Positions 37,116-49,198 of a stretch of DNA of 64,000 nucleotides are shown one piece after another. Source of the stretch: Scenedesmus sp. PABB004 (Eukaryota); contig CM026547.1 in NCBI GenBank assembly GCA_014905635.1, forward strand, positions 2,418,001-2,482,000, read 5' to 3'. Both the position numbers and the translations under genes were made by a program. The stretch's first letter is position 1. The number at the start of each line of letters is the position of its first letter. The notes under the pieces were generated by a model. The model saw nothing but the letters and a program-made list of their open reading frames with translations, did no database searches and was not told the DNA's origin.

Positions 37116-38089
37116 CTAGGCGCGGGAGAAGACCTCGGTGAACGCCGCGACGCCCTTGCCGGCCACCTCGGCGCGGTGCCGCACGACCAGGCGCCCCGCG
37201 GCGTCCAGGCTGAGCACGTCGGTCGCCTCGCCCGCGAGCGCGCCGTCCCAGGCCGCGCGCAGGCAGACCTCGCCGTCGCGCGCCGACACGAGCTGCCCGA
37301 GCTGCCGCCCCGCGCGCATGTCGCGGCGGCGGTGCGGGGCGGTGCGCACGCCGTCCAGCGGGAACGCCTCGACCGTGCCCAGCCAGCGGAGCTTGCAGAC
37401 CTGGCGCACGAGCAGCACGTCACCCTCAACGCTGATGTGCAGGCCGGCCATGAGCCGCGTCGCGGAGCGCAGCCAGCGCGGCACGCCAAAGAGCTCGCAG
37501 AACGGCTCCATGCCCTCGCTCGCAGCGCCGTCCTTGGTCCACGAGCCGCACACGCCGCGAACCGCCGCCAGGTCGACCGCGGGCCGCGCGTCGGCGCGGG
37601 ACGCCGCCAGCTGCGGCGGCGGCGGCGTGCGGCGACGGGGGGGGGGGGGGGGGGTCGCGCAGGCGCGAGCGCGGGCGCGGGCGAGGGCCGCGGTGCGCCG
37701 GCGCCGCCGACGAGGTCGGCGCGGCCGCGGCGCCCCCGCGCGTCGCGCACCTGCGACAGGGGCAGCTGCGACACCATGCTACGCAGCGCCACCGCCATGG
37801 CAGCGAGGACGGTCTGCAGCAGGCGCACCGCGGAGCGCGAGAGCAGCGGTGCCAGCGCGAGCGCCGCCGGCCAGTGCTGCGCGGCGACGTGCCTGGCGCC
37901 CGCCCCGCTCGCCAGCGGCGCCATCGCCACGGCGGCAGCCGGCGGCGCGGCGAGGGCGGCGCTGCCGGCCCTCCGTGCGCGCGCGCGGGCGTGCGCGGCA
38001 AAGCCCGCGGTCGCCGCTGCCGTCGCCGCCGCCAGCAGGCGCGGCGTCACGCGCGCTACGCCCATGCTCGTAGCCGTCAGCGCGTTCAT
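37116..38089 (-). CDS. Hypothetical protein with a lipocalin/FABP-like beta-barrel C-terminus
   Basis: CGSWTKDGAASEGMEPFCELFGVPRWLR resembles the calycin GxW start, followed by RRRD and terminal EVFSR. One intron. Start may be 38065. Confidence 0.6.
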
Positions 38090-38325
38090 AGGGCGGCCGC
38101 GCAGCCGCACGGGGTTGCTGCTCGGGAGCTCGGCAGCTCGGGAACGCCCGCTACTGCTGCTGCTTCGCGGAAGCGCGGGCTCGCGGGGCGGCGGGGTCAC
38201 GCGGACGGTCTCCAAGACCGCCGTGGGAGCGCGGCGGCGGAGCTGCGCCGCGCCGCGGCGCCGCGGGGGCCCCGCGGGGCGCACGCGCCCAAAAGCGCGC
38301 GGCCGCGCTCCGCCGGCAGCCGTGC

Positions 38326-39935
38326 TCAGGGCTGGCACCCCAGGCCGTCCATGAGCGCCAGCAGGTCCTCGCCGCCGCCGCCCCCCAAAAAGGCGCCGCC
38401 GCGTCCGTCGTCGTCCAGGCCCGCCGCGACGCGCGCCGCGCGGCCGTCGGCGGCGCCGCCAAACCGGAGCTCGCGCGCGCGCGGCACCGGCGGCGCGCCG
38501 CTCGGTGCCGGCGGATCCGCCGCGTCGCCGGGCTCGCCAGAGAGGTCGAGGCGGAAGGTGTCGCCGCCCGTCGGCGGCGCGGCCACGAGCGACGCGAGCA
38601 GCCCCAGCTCCGCGGCCGCCGCGCGCCCGCCGGCCGCGGCGCTGTCGCCGGGGTACGACTGCTCGCGAGCCCGCCCGGGCTCGCTGGCGGCCGGCGCGGC
38701 CGGCGCGGCCGCGGCGCCGCCGCCGCCGCCGCCGTCCGGCTGCGGCGCGCCTGCTCCGGCGCCATCGGGAGCAGGCTGCGCGGCGTCCGGCGCCGGCGCG
38801 TCGCCCGCGCGCCGCGGCGGCGGCACCACCTGGGCGCGGTCCTTGCGGTACAGGTTGTCGCCCAGCGGCACGGGGTGGCAGAAGAACTCGGCCGCCGCCG
38901 CCTGCGCGCGGCCGGGCGCGCGCGTACGTGTGGGCCCGCGGCGCGCCCCCTCGCGACATCGTCCTGCCGGCGGCGCACGTGCACGCGGCGGCCGCGGCTC
39001 GCCGCCCCGCCCCGCCGCGCCTGCTGGCTGGCCACGTCGTGGCGCTGCTCCGCCTGCAGGCGGCCGGCGGCGTCGTAGAGGCGCACCGCGCCCACGCGCG
39101 CGCAGAGGCAGCTGGGCGCCACCAGGCGCGCCGAGTGCAGCTGGATGCCCTCCGCCAGGAACAGGCTGACCTGCGGGGGCGCACGCGCGGTCGGCGCAGC
39201 GCCAGCGCCAGCGGCGGCGGCGGCGCGCGGCGCTGGGGCGCATGGCGCGGCCGGCCCTGGCCGGGCGCACCTTGACCCGCCGGCCCTGGAAGAAGCGCGC
39301 CAGCGTGCGCCGCAGCAGGCCCAGCTCGCCCGCGGGCAGCGTGCCGTACAGCCGCACGACCGCCTCCTCCGCCGCACCCACCAGGCCGATCACGGCGCCG
39401 TCGACCGCGCCGCTGGGGCTGCAGGCGGCGAGCGCGGTCGTGAGGATCGCCTGCACCGTGCCGAGGTGCCGCAGCGTCACCTGCGGCGTGCGCGGCCGGC
39501 CGGCGCTCGCGCGTGCGTGCTGCGCCGTGCGCGCCGCGCCGTACGCGCCGTGCCGTGCCGCTGCGCCGCGCCGCGCGCGCTGTCACGCACGTTGACGATC
39601 GCGTCGTCGAGGCGCGTCGCGGCGAGCAGCTGGTACTTTGCGCCCATGGTCACGAGGTCGTAGAGCTTGCCCATGCTGCCCTCGCTGAGCCGCATGATCG
39701 ACGCGTGCGCGAGGCGGTCAAAGACCTTGCGCATGGCGGCGGGGCTGTAGAGCTCCTGCGGCACGAAGAGCCGCCCCGCCAGGGACGCGGGGTCGACCAG
39801 CGCGCGCACGATGTCGGCGAGCACGGTCGCCGCCTTGTCCTGCGCGACTCCCTGCGCCTTGAGCCGCTGCTCCAGGATGTACACCATCTCGCACCCCATG
39901 TTGAGCACCAGCCAGGGCATCGCCAGCAGCGACAT
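38326..39935 (-). CDS. OSCP1: OSCP1 (organic solute carrier partner 1), cilia-associated family
   Basis: MPWLVLNMGCEMVYILEQRLKAQ, LFVPQELYS, VFDRLAHASIMRLSEGSMGKLYDLVTMGAKYQ, FFQGRRVKVSLFL, LGDNLY. Confidence 0.93.
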
Positions 39936-40334
39936 GGCCGCACGCGGCCGCGCGGCGCGCGGGAACCGGCGCGGCCGCGCGGCGTCGGCGCAGGCGGCGC
40001 CCGCCGCGGAAGGGACGCGCTCGGGAGGGCTGGCAGGAGACGCGCACGAGCCGGGGGCGGCCGTTCGCGACCCGCCGGTGGAGGTTGACCGCCGCGCTGC
40101 TGCCGGCGGGCGCGCGAGCGAGCGAAGGGCCGGCCTGGAGCGGCCTTCCGCGACTCGAGGTGCTCGGGGAGAGCGATGCCGCAGCCCCCGTGGGCGGCGG
40201 CGGGACGTGAATGGAGGACCTGAACCGCGGCGCTCGCCAGCCGTGCTGCCCCCGCGACGTCCGTGCGATCCCACATCCGGCCCCGCCTCCCTCCCCTCCC
40301 TCCCCGGGGGGACTCCTCAGGCACGGGCGGCGCG

Positions 40335-43300
40335 ATGCGTGCCGCAGGCCACGCGCCGCGGCGGGGCCGCGCCGAGTTGCTCTGTGTCGCCGCCGCACAA
40401 CGGCCGCCGCCGCGCAGCCCGCCGCCGCGCCAGGGCCCTGGCGCGGGCCCGGGCGGCGGCCCAGCCCTGCGGCTGCCCCTGGCGCTGGAGCGGCTGGCCG
40501 AGCTGTGGCGGCGCGTGTCTCCCACTGACGCATGCGCTGAGCCGCGCGGCAGCAGCAGCCTGGGCCGGCGCGTCCGCGTCCTCGTCAACCGCTTCGCCCT
40601 GCGCCTGGGCCCCCAGTTCACCGGCGCGCACGTCTACGCCGTCAGCGTCACGCCGCGCGGCGGCGAGCCCCAGCCGGCGGCGCCCGAGCTGCGCGCGCGC
40701 GCGGTCGCGGCGGTCGCGCGCGAGCGCGGCTGGCCGGACGGCAGCTGGCAGTTTGACGCCCCCGCCGGCCGACTGTTCAGCCTCGCGCCGCTGGCGCCGC
40801 CAGACGGCGGCGCGGACGTCGCGCTGCCCGCGGCCGGCGGCGCGCCGGAGGCCGTGCTGCGCGTCACGCTGGCGCCCGACCCCGCCGCCCGCCTGCCCGC
40901 CGCGCCCAGCGGCGGGCCGGGCGACGCGGCGCCGCTGCAGGCGCTCGGCCTGCTCCTGCGCGCCAGCCTGTGCGCGGCGCTGCCGCAGGCGATCCCGGCC
41001 GCGCGCGTGATGCTGCTGCCGCCCGGCAGCGCGCCGCGGCCGGCGGCGCCGCCGGCGTCAACCAGCCGCGGCGGCCACGGCGGCCGGGGCGGCGGCAGCA
41101 GGGGCGGGAGGGGGGGCCGCGGCCCGCCGGGGGGCGGCCGCGGCGGCGCCCCGGGCGACGCGCTGGGCCCGCTGCAGCTGTGGACGGCGCTCGCGGCGGG
41201 CGCCAAGCCGACGGAGATGGGGTGGACGCTGCAGCTCGACACCAGCCGCGGCGCCGTGCTCCCGGCCGGCGAGCTGGCGGAGCTGCTCGTGGGCGGCGCT
41301 GGCGGCGCGGCCTCGCCCGCGGAGCTGTGCGGCAGCCGGGCGAAGCTGGCGGCCGCGGAGAGCCTGGTCAAGGGTGCCAAGGTGCGTGCGCGCGCGGGCG
41401 GGGGCCGGGGGGGGGGGGGCACGACCGGCGGCGCCGCGCGTGTTGACCGCGCCGCCGCCACTGCCGTCCCCGCCGCCACGCGCCCGCACGCCAGGTGCAG
41501 GTGCGCTACCCCACCGGGGCGCAGTCGCGCGTGGTGCGCGGCCTCGACGCCCGCCCGCCCGCGCGCTACACCTTCAAGCCGCCCGACGGCTCCACCACGA
41601 CCGTGGCGGCGCACTGGGCCGCGGCGCACGGCGTGACGCTCGCGCACGGGCACGACTGGCCGTGCGTCATGGTCAGCGCGCGGGCGGCGATCCCGCTGGA
41701 GCTCTGCGCCGTCGCCGCGCCGCAGCCGCGCCGCGCGCTGAACGAGCGGCAGACCGCGGAGCTCATCAAGACGGCGGCTCTGCCGCCAGAGGTGCGACTG
41801 CGGGCGATCCGCGCCATCGTGGCGGGCCAGCTCTCGGGTTTCCGCCTGCGCCTGCTGCAGGCCTGGGGCGTGTCCATCAGCCCAGAGCCGCTCGAGGTGC
41901 GCGAGCGCGGGCGGGGGAGCCGCTGCCCGTGCGGCCGCGCGGCGCGCGGCTGACGCCGGCGCCGCCGCCTCTGCTGCCGCCAACGCGCGGGCCAGGTGCC
42001 CGGTCGCGTCCTGCCGGACGCGCTGCTCGAGTGCGGCGGCGGCACGTGCGCGGAGCCGAGCAACCAGGGGGCGTGGCGGCCGCCGGCGCGCGCGGTCACG
42101 CCGGCGCGTCTGCAGCGCTGGGTGGTGATCAACCTCGGGGGCGCGGCGCTGCGGCCCGGCGTCGACGTGCTGCTCGCGCAGCTGGTCGCGCAGCTGCGCG
42201 CGGCCGGCGGCTCCGTGGCGCCGCCGGAGCACGTTGCCGGCGGCGGCGGCGGCAGGGCCGGCGGCGCGCGCAGCGCGCTCGAGGCGGCCGCCGCGGCGGC
42301 GGGCGGGCGGCCGCAGCTGGTGCTGGTGGTGCTGCCGGAGCGGAGCTCGGCGCAGTACGGCGAGCTCAAGGGCGCCGCCGCGGCGCTGGGGCTCGTCACC
42401 CAGGTCGTCGTCGCGCCGCGCGTCGGCCTCGCGCCGGGGCGCGTCGAGCTGCGGCCCGCCGTCGCCGCCAACCTCGCGCTCAAGGTCACCGCCAAGGCGG
42501 GCGGCGCGAGCTGGCAGCTGCCGGGCGGCCCGCGCGCGTGGGCGGGCGGGCTGTGCGAGGCGCCGCTCCAGGTGCTGGGCATCGACGTCGGCCACGCCGG
42601 CGCCGGCGGCGGGCCCCGCCGGCGGCCGTCGGTCGCGGCGGTGGTCGGCTCGCTGGACGCGGGCGCGAGCCGCTACGCCGCGGCGGTCAGCGAGCAGAGC
42701 GGGGGCGAGGAGCTCGTGCTCGGCCTGGCCGACATGGCCGCGCAGGTCATGGCCGCGCACGCGGCCGCCAATGGCGGCGCGCCGCCCCGCTCTCTGCTGG
42801 TCTTCCGCGACGGCGTCAGCGAGAGCCGGTACGCCGCGGTCATCCGCGAGGAGGTGGCCGCTCTGCGCGCCGCGGCCGCGGCGGTCGCGCCGCGCGGCGC
42901 CGCGCCGCCCAAGGTGCGCCGCGGCGCGCTGCCCGGCGGCGGCCGCGACGCGGTCGGCGCGCGCGTGAGTTTCCACGCGCCCGCGCCCGCCGCCCCGACA
43001 CGGCCGCCCGCCCCGCCGCCGCCGCCGCCGCCAGCTGACGTTTGTGGTGGTCTCCAGGTCGCACGGCCTGCGCCTGCTGCCGCACCCCGACGACCCGAGC
43101 GCGTGCGGGCCCGACCGCGGCGGCAACGTGCCGCCGGGCACGGTCGTGGACCGCGGCGTGACGGCGCCGCTCGCGGCCGAGTTCTACCTCAACTGCCACG
43201 CCGGCATCCAGGGCACCAACCGCCCTGCCCGGTTCAACGTGCTCGTCGACGAGATCGGCCTCTCGCAAGACGGCCTCCAGCTCCTCTGCTTCCACCTCGC

Positions 43301-43502
43301 CAGCACGCACGCCGCGTGCGCCCGCACGATCGCGGTGCCCGCCGCGGTGCGCTACGCCGACAAGGCCGCCACGCTCGGCGCGTTCACCGGCGGCGTCGGC
43401 GCGTGGCGCGAGGTGCAGGCGCCCGCGCCGGGCGTGCCGGCGCGTGCGTGGCGCCCGCTGCAGGTCAGTGCCGACCTGGCAGGCGCGGCCTGGTTTTTGT
43501 GA
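40335..43502 (+). CDS. AGO: Divergent eukaryotic Argonaute (N-L1-PAZ-L2-MID-PIWI), about 944 aa
   Basis: Exons 40335-41381, 41495-41896, 41996-42913, 43035-43502. Motifs GRRVRVLVNRF, IPLELC, YGELK..VTQ, NLALKVTAKAGG, LGIDVGH, PSVAAVVGSLD, VFRDGVSE, GNVPPGTVVD, HAGIQGTNRP, VPAAVRYADKAA. A possible extra 5' exon starts at ATG 40211. Confidence 0.95.
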
Positions 43503-43803
43503 GAGACGGCTCGTGCGGTGGTGGCTCGTGCGGCGGCGGTGGCTCGTGCGCCGGTGCGGCGGCGGCTGGTTGCAGGGCGCCGGGCGGGGCGGCGGCGGCG
43601 GCGCGGTCGGTCGGTCGGGCGGCGGTGCAGCAGCATGCCAGGCCCTGGCCCCCCGCGGCGATGTTGCTTGGTGCGCGCCCGGTGCTGTGGCTCCCACACG
43701 CAGACGGAGATCGCGCCTGGAGTTGAGGAAATTGGGTTGCCCCTCGCGCTCCCCGGCCGGCCGCACCCTCCGCATCCACCCCGCCCCTCCAATCCCGGCC
43801 GCC

Positions 43804-45487
43804 ATGCAGGCCGCGCAGCGCGCCCTCGCGCGCACGCCGGGCCCTAGAGACGGTCGCGCTGCGCCGCCAGCGGCGGCGCGGCCGGCGGCGGCCGCGCGGC
43901 GGCGCGGCAGCAGCAGCGGCAGCACCGGCGCGGCGGCCCGCCCGCGGCCCGTGCTGGCGCGCAGCCAGGCGCCCGAGGAGGACGCGGCTGTGGCGAGCCA
44001 GGCGCCCGTGGATGACGCGGCTGTGACGCAGTTCGACGTGGACAGCGGCAAGGCCGAGCAGCTGGCCGGCGTGGGGGAGCTGGGGCCGCGCGAGGACGAC
44101 GTGCTGCCAGACTCCCTCGCCGATGCGATCACGGACGTGAGGCAGCGAGCGGCAGCGAGCCGCTGCCGTTCAGGATGAGCGCCGCAGCAGCGGCGGTCCG
44201 CCGCTCACCGCCGCCCGCGCCCCGCGCCCCGCGCCCCGCGCCCCGCGCCCCGCGCCCGCGCGCAGGCCGCCGCCGCGACGGCGAGCGCCATCAACAGCGG
44301 CGTGCTGCGCTGCCAGGTCGAGATCCTGCTGCCAGAGTTCTGGGGTGCGCAGCGCGCGGCGGCACCCGGCCCCGCGCGCGCACGCGCCTCGGGCCTCGCC
44401 GACTGAAGGGCGCCGACGCTCACGCCCCTGCCTCCTGCCCCTGCCCCTCCTCCTCCCGCCCTCCCGCCCTCCTGCCCTCCTCCCTCCGCCAGACCCCATC
44501 AGCGGGCCCATCTTCCCCAACAAGGGCGACCAGGAGCGCTTCTGGCGCATGACGCGGCGCTTCGTGGAGGCGCTCGGCGCGGCGCTCGGCGCGGGCGGCG
44601 GCGGCGCCGACGGCGGCGGCGGCGGCGGCGTGAAGGCGATCTACCCCGACGCGGGCGTGGCTGCGATGCTGAGCTACCAGTGGGGCGACCGCAGCTTTGC
44701 GATCGACTCGCTCAACGCGCGGCGCCCGGTCAGCCCCGACGACGAGCTCATCGTGCTCTGCTGCCCAGACCCGCCCGGCGCGGAGGAGGCGCAGCGCGCG
44801 GTGCGCCAGGTCGGCGAGCAGGACGAGGCCGCGGGCAGCATGGAGCGCCCGATCGTGCTCTTCAACCAGCGCCTCTCCAGGCGCGTGCCGCGTGCTGCGC
44901 GCCGCGCCCCGGTCACGCGCGGCACGCGCGGCACCCCCCTCCCCCCGCCCCTTTCCTGGCTCACGCCGCGCCGCCGCGTCGCCCCCGGCCGACGCGCAGC
45001 GGCGACGTCGGCATCGGGCTCAACGCGCGGCGGCTGCGCAGCACCTTCCTGCAGCGCTTCAACGTCACCTACTCGCTCCGCCCCGTGGGCGAGGTGGGCA
45101 CCGTGTTCCGGCGCTACCCGGGCCTCTGGAAGGTCTTCGTGGAGGAGCCGGCGCTGCCGGGGCGGTGCGGCGGCGCAGGGTGCAGGGGCGCGAGCGGGGG
45201 CGGGGCGCGGTCACTGCGCGCCCGCGCGGCGGCGCGCACACCCCTCCAAACGTGCTCGCCGCCGCCGCCGCCGCCGCGCCCGCAGGTACCGGCTCGCGGC
45301 GGAGCAGCCCAACCGCCCCGCGGGCGAGGCGCTGGACCTGATCATCATGACCGCGCTCGACCCGGACGCCGCGGCGGCCGCGGCCGCGGGCGGGGGCGGG
45401 GCCGCCGCCGCGCCCAAGGGCCTGCTGGAGAGCCTGGGCAGCACGATGGCGTCGATGCAGCGCTTCATGCGGAGCCTGTCGCAGTGA
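43804..45487 (+). CDS. DUF1995 plastid protein (At5g27560-like rather than LPA3)
   Basis: RCQVEILLPEFW, IYPDAGVAAML, RPIVLFNQRLSSGDVGIGLNARRLR, YSLRP, VFRRYPGLWKVF. Transit-like N-terminus. Confidence 0.85.
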
Positions 45488-46472
45488 GCGGCGGCGGTGC
45501 GCGCGGACGCGGGGGCGACGAGAGGCGGACGCGGTCCCCCGGGCACGAGTGGAACTGCTCGTTTACCAGCCCTCCACCCCCCGCCGTTGGGTCCTTATTC
45601 GACGCGCCCAGCCGTTTCGCGCGCGCAAACAGCCCAGCCCAGTCGTGCGCGCCATGGTGAGCAGCAGCCCGTCGCCCAGCGCCGGGCGTCCGCGCAGCAG
45701 CACAGCAGCACAGTCACGCGTGCCGCCGTCGCCGCGCCCGGCCTGCCTGGCGCCAACCAACCAATCATTGGAGTCCGAGGCCCCTGCTGCACGCGCGGCT
45801 AGATTCGAAATATAGGGGGCGGCGTGGAATGCGTGCTGCAAGCCAGAGGGGGCAGAGTGCTCTGCGCCGCTCTGCAGGGCGTGGTGGTGGTGGTGGTGGT
45901 GACGACGACGCCGCGTTCAGGCAGCGGCGCGGGCCAGAGCAGAGCGTGGTCCCTCAAACCTGTTGGTGGACGGCCGGCCGGCGGCTGCAGCCGGCGGCGG
46001 CGGGGCGTTGGGGCGCGCGCGAGGCGCGCCGAGGAGGGGCACACGGCGTGGGGGCGACGCATGCGAGCTGCACACCCCCCGACTGCACGCGCCCGCGCCG
46101 CGGCGCGCGACGCAACGAGAGAGGACAAAAGGACAACTGACGAGTCAAAAGTGGCGCCGACGGGCCAGCAACCATTCATTTGGGCCGAGAAGGAGTGGGC
46201 GGGCGGCGCGGCGCCGCGGGGCGCGGCGCCCCGGGGCGCCGCGCCGCCCGCCAAGGGATGGCTTGGAACGAGGCGTGCTGCCGCCTCGGCGGGCGCGCAG
46301 CGTCTGTGTTCACGCACGCCGGCGCGCCGCCGCGAGCCGGGCGCTTCCACGCGCGCCGCTCTCTGTGCTTGACCGTCGCCATCGCCCCCGCAAACCCCGC
46401 GTGCAGGCGGCGTGGGCCCGCGCTGGCGCGGGCACCCCCGAGCAGTGCGTCCCGGCAGCGATGCATCCCCCC

Positions 46473-49198
46473 TCACACGCCCACCATGCCGGCTGCGCCG
46501 GTGCTGCCCGGCCCGCTGCTGCCGCCGTTGGGCAGCAGCCCGCCGTCTGCAAAGAGCGGCAGGCCGCCGCCGCCGAGCGGCGCGTAGCCGGGCGCGCCGG
46601 CGGCGCCCGCCGGGCCTGCCGGCGCGCAGAGCTGCCCGGGCCCGGGCGCCACGCCCAGGGAGAGGCCGGCCAGCTTGTCCAGGAGCTGGCCGCCCTCCTC
46701 CGCGCCGGGCGCGCCGCCGCCGGGCGCGAGCAGCGGGTCGCTGCTCAGCTGCAGCGGCGCGCCGCCGCCGGGCGCGCCGCCGGGCGGGGGGCCGAGCCCC
46801 GCCGGCGGCGGCGCGCCGGCCATGGGCGACGGCCCCTGGCTCGTCTCCTCAAAGTACGTCGCGAGCGGCGTCTTGCGCGTGGGGCTGAGCGTGGTGGGCC
46901 CCGGCGGCGCGCCGCCGGCGCCGACCGGCGCGCCGAGGATGGGCGCCGACATGGGCACGCCGGGCGGGCCGGGCTCGGCGCCGCCGGGCATCGCGTCGAG
47001 GACGGCCTTGTTGCGGCTGACCGCGCCGGCGAGGCCGTTGATCCAGTGCAGGCCGAGCGTCTGCTGCTGCAGCAGCTGCTCCACGGGCAGCTGCAGGCCG
47101 AGGCTGGTGAGCGCGGTGAGGCGCTGCGCCGTGACGACGTTGGCGACGTCGCGGTGCGCGAGCGCGAGCGTGTCGAGCACCAGGAACGCCGCCTCGAGCA
47201 GGTCGGCGCTGCCGACGTGCTTGCACGCGAGCGGCGTGACGAGCGCGAGCAGCTGCACCGCGAGGTTGCCCGCCTGGCTGAGCCGGCTGAACGTCGCCAT
47301 GTGCCGCCGCGCCGCGCCGGCGAGGTAGCTGAAGTCGGCCAGCGCGTCGGGCAGCGCCATGCTGCCCTTGAGCACCGCGCCGAGCGTGTGCAGCATCGTC
47401 AGCAGCAGCACGAGCTCTGTGAGCAGCTGGTCGCGCAGCGCCGCCTCGCCCTGCGCCGCCGCGAGCACGCTCCACGACACGCTCTCGTAGCTCTCCAGCA
47501 GCGCGTTGCCGTTGGGCGGCGCGCCGCCGGCGCCGGCGCCGCCGGGCAGCAGCTGCTGCGCCTGCAGGCCGGGCAGCCCGGCGGCCTGGCCGCCACCGAG
47601 CACCATGGCCTGCGGCCGCGGCCCGCCGCCGAGCTGCAGGCCCGCCGACGCAGGCGGCGCGGCCGCCCACACGGCCTCGCCGCCCGCGCCCTGCGACTGC
47701 AGCTGCGCGAGCAGCTGCGCGTTGGCGCTCGCCGCCAGCGCGGGCGGCGCGCCGAGCGCCTGCTGCTGCAGCGGGCCCGACCCCAGCGCGCCATCTGGGC
47801 GGCGCCGGCGGGCGCCGCGCCGCCGGCCGGCGCGCCCGCGGGCGCCCAGCCCGCGCCGAGGCGCGCCTGCTGCGCCTGCAGCGCCTGCGGCTGCAGCACG
47901 ATGCCGCCCGAGCGCAGCGCGCTGTCGTCCAGCGCCATGCCAAAGCCGCGCTGGCCCATCGGCGCGGCGCCGCTCTGCTGCAGCTGGTACAGCGACAGCG
48001 GCTCCACCTGCGCCATGCCGCCGCCGTGCAGCTGCGCAAATGCGTACTGCCCGCCGGCGCCGTTGAACAGCTGCTGCTGCAGGGCCGCGTCGTGCGCGTA
48101 CGTGGCCGCCAGCCGGTTGGCCATGCCCGCGCGGCCCTGGAGCACGTGCGGCAGACTGATGCAGCGCGAGGCTGGCGGCCTGCGGGCGGGCGGGCGCGCG
48201 CGCGGCGGCGCGCAGGAGGGCGTCGGCGTCGGCGGGCGCGCGCGCGCGGGCGCGCGGGGCGGGCGCGGGCGGCCCCGCGCCGCTCCCCTCCCCGCGCCTC
48301 CCTCTGCGCCGCGCAGCGGGCGCACCTGTTGGCGCGGCGGGGCTGGCCGTCGGCGGCGGGGAAGCCCGACGCGCCGCGCCACTGGCCCTGCCCCGGGCGC
48401 GCGGGGTCGGCCGCCGCGCGCGGCTTGCCCGCGCTGTCGTCAAACGCGACCGACTTGGCCGCCGCCGGCGCGCCGCCCGCGGCGGCGGCCGCGCCGGCGC
48501 TGCCCGACCCGAGCTGGCGGCACGACACGCTGCGCAGGCTCGACTTGCGCGGGTGCGTCGGGATCTCCCCGTTGGCGCGCGCCGTCGCGGCGGCGGCCTT
48601 GCTCGCGTCCAGGTTGGCCTTGGTCGTCGTCATGTCCAGCCCGGCCAGCGCCGACATGGCCGCCTGCCGCGCCGCGTCGACGTCGACGCACGTGTTGCCC
48701 AGCCGCGCGAGGCCGCCCGGGCGGCCCTCCGCGCTGCCCGAGTCGCTCGCGGGGCCGGCGGTCGTGCTCGTCGCGCCGCTGCTGCTCGCGACGCTCGGCG
48801 GCACGCTGATCGGCATGCTGCCGGGCGGCGCCGCGCAGGGCAGGCCCGCCATGTCGAGCATCGCGCCCTGCGTGCGGGCGGCGGGCGGCGGCGGCGGGGC
48901 GTGGGCGGCCCGCGGCGCGCACGCAGCAGCAGCGGGCAGCAGCAGCGGGCGGCCGCCGCGCGGCGGCGGCGATCGGCGGCGGCGCGATGCTGGGGCGCCG
49001 CGCGGGCGCCGCGCCGGCACCGCCGCCGCCGCCGCCGCCACCGCCGCCGCCCTGGCGCGGCGCGCGCACCTGGGGCATCAGCGGCACCGGCGGCGGCGCG
49101 GCGAGCACGGTGGGGCCCTTTGGCAGCTGCTGCTCGCCGGCGGGCTCGGGCGCGCGCGGAAGGAGGGTAGTGTCCTGCATCGGGAGCGTGTCGTCCAT
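46473..49198 (-). CDS. Hypothetical Gln/Gly/Ala-rich protein with a helical C-terminal domain; frame discontinuity near 47800
   Basis: Coherent codon-biased exons from MDDTLPMQ, with C-terminal LRDQLLTELVLLLTMLHTL...LLEAAFLVLDTLA. No family recognised. Confidence 0.65.

Noticed and set aside
40335..43502. Prokaryotic Argonaute defence operon
   Set aside because: It has spliceosomal introns and eukaryotic AGO motifs, and the neighbours are unrelated housekeeping genes.
43804..45487. LPA3 call
   Set aside because: It lacks the NGELDRIRSGYY motif I associate with LPA3 and fits another DUF1995 subfamily.
45490..46470. Lower-GC gap between convergent genes as a hidden gene or element
   Set aside because: No coherent exon, terminal repeat or long hairpin was seen. 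Consistent with 3' UTRs.
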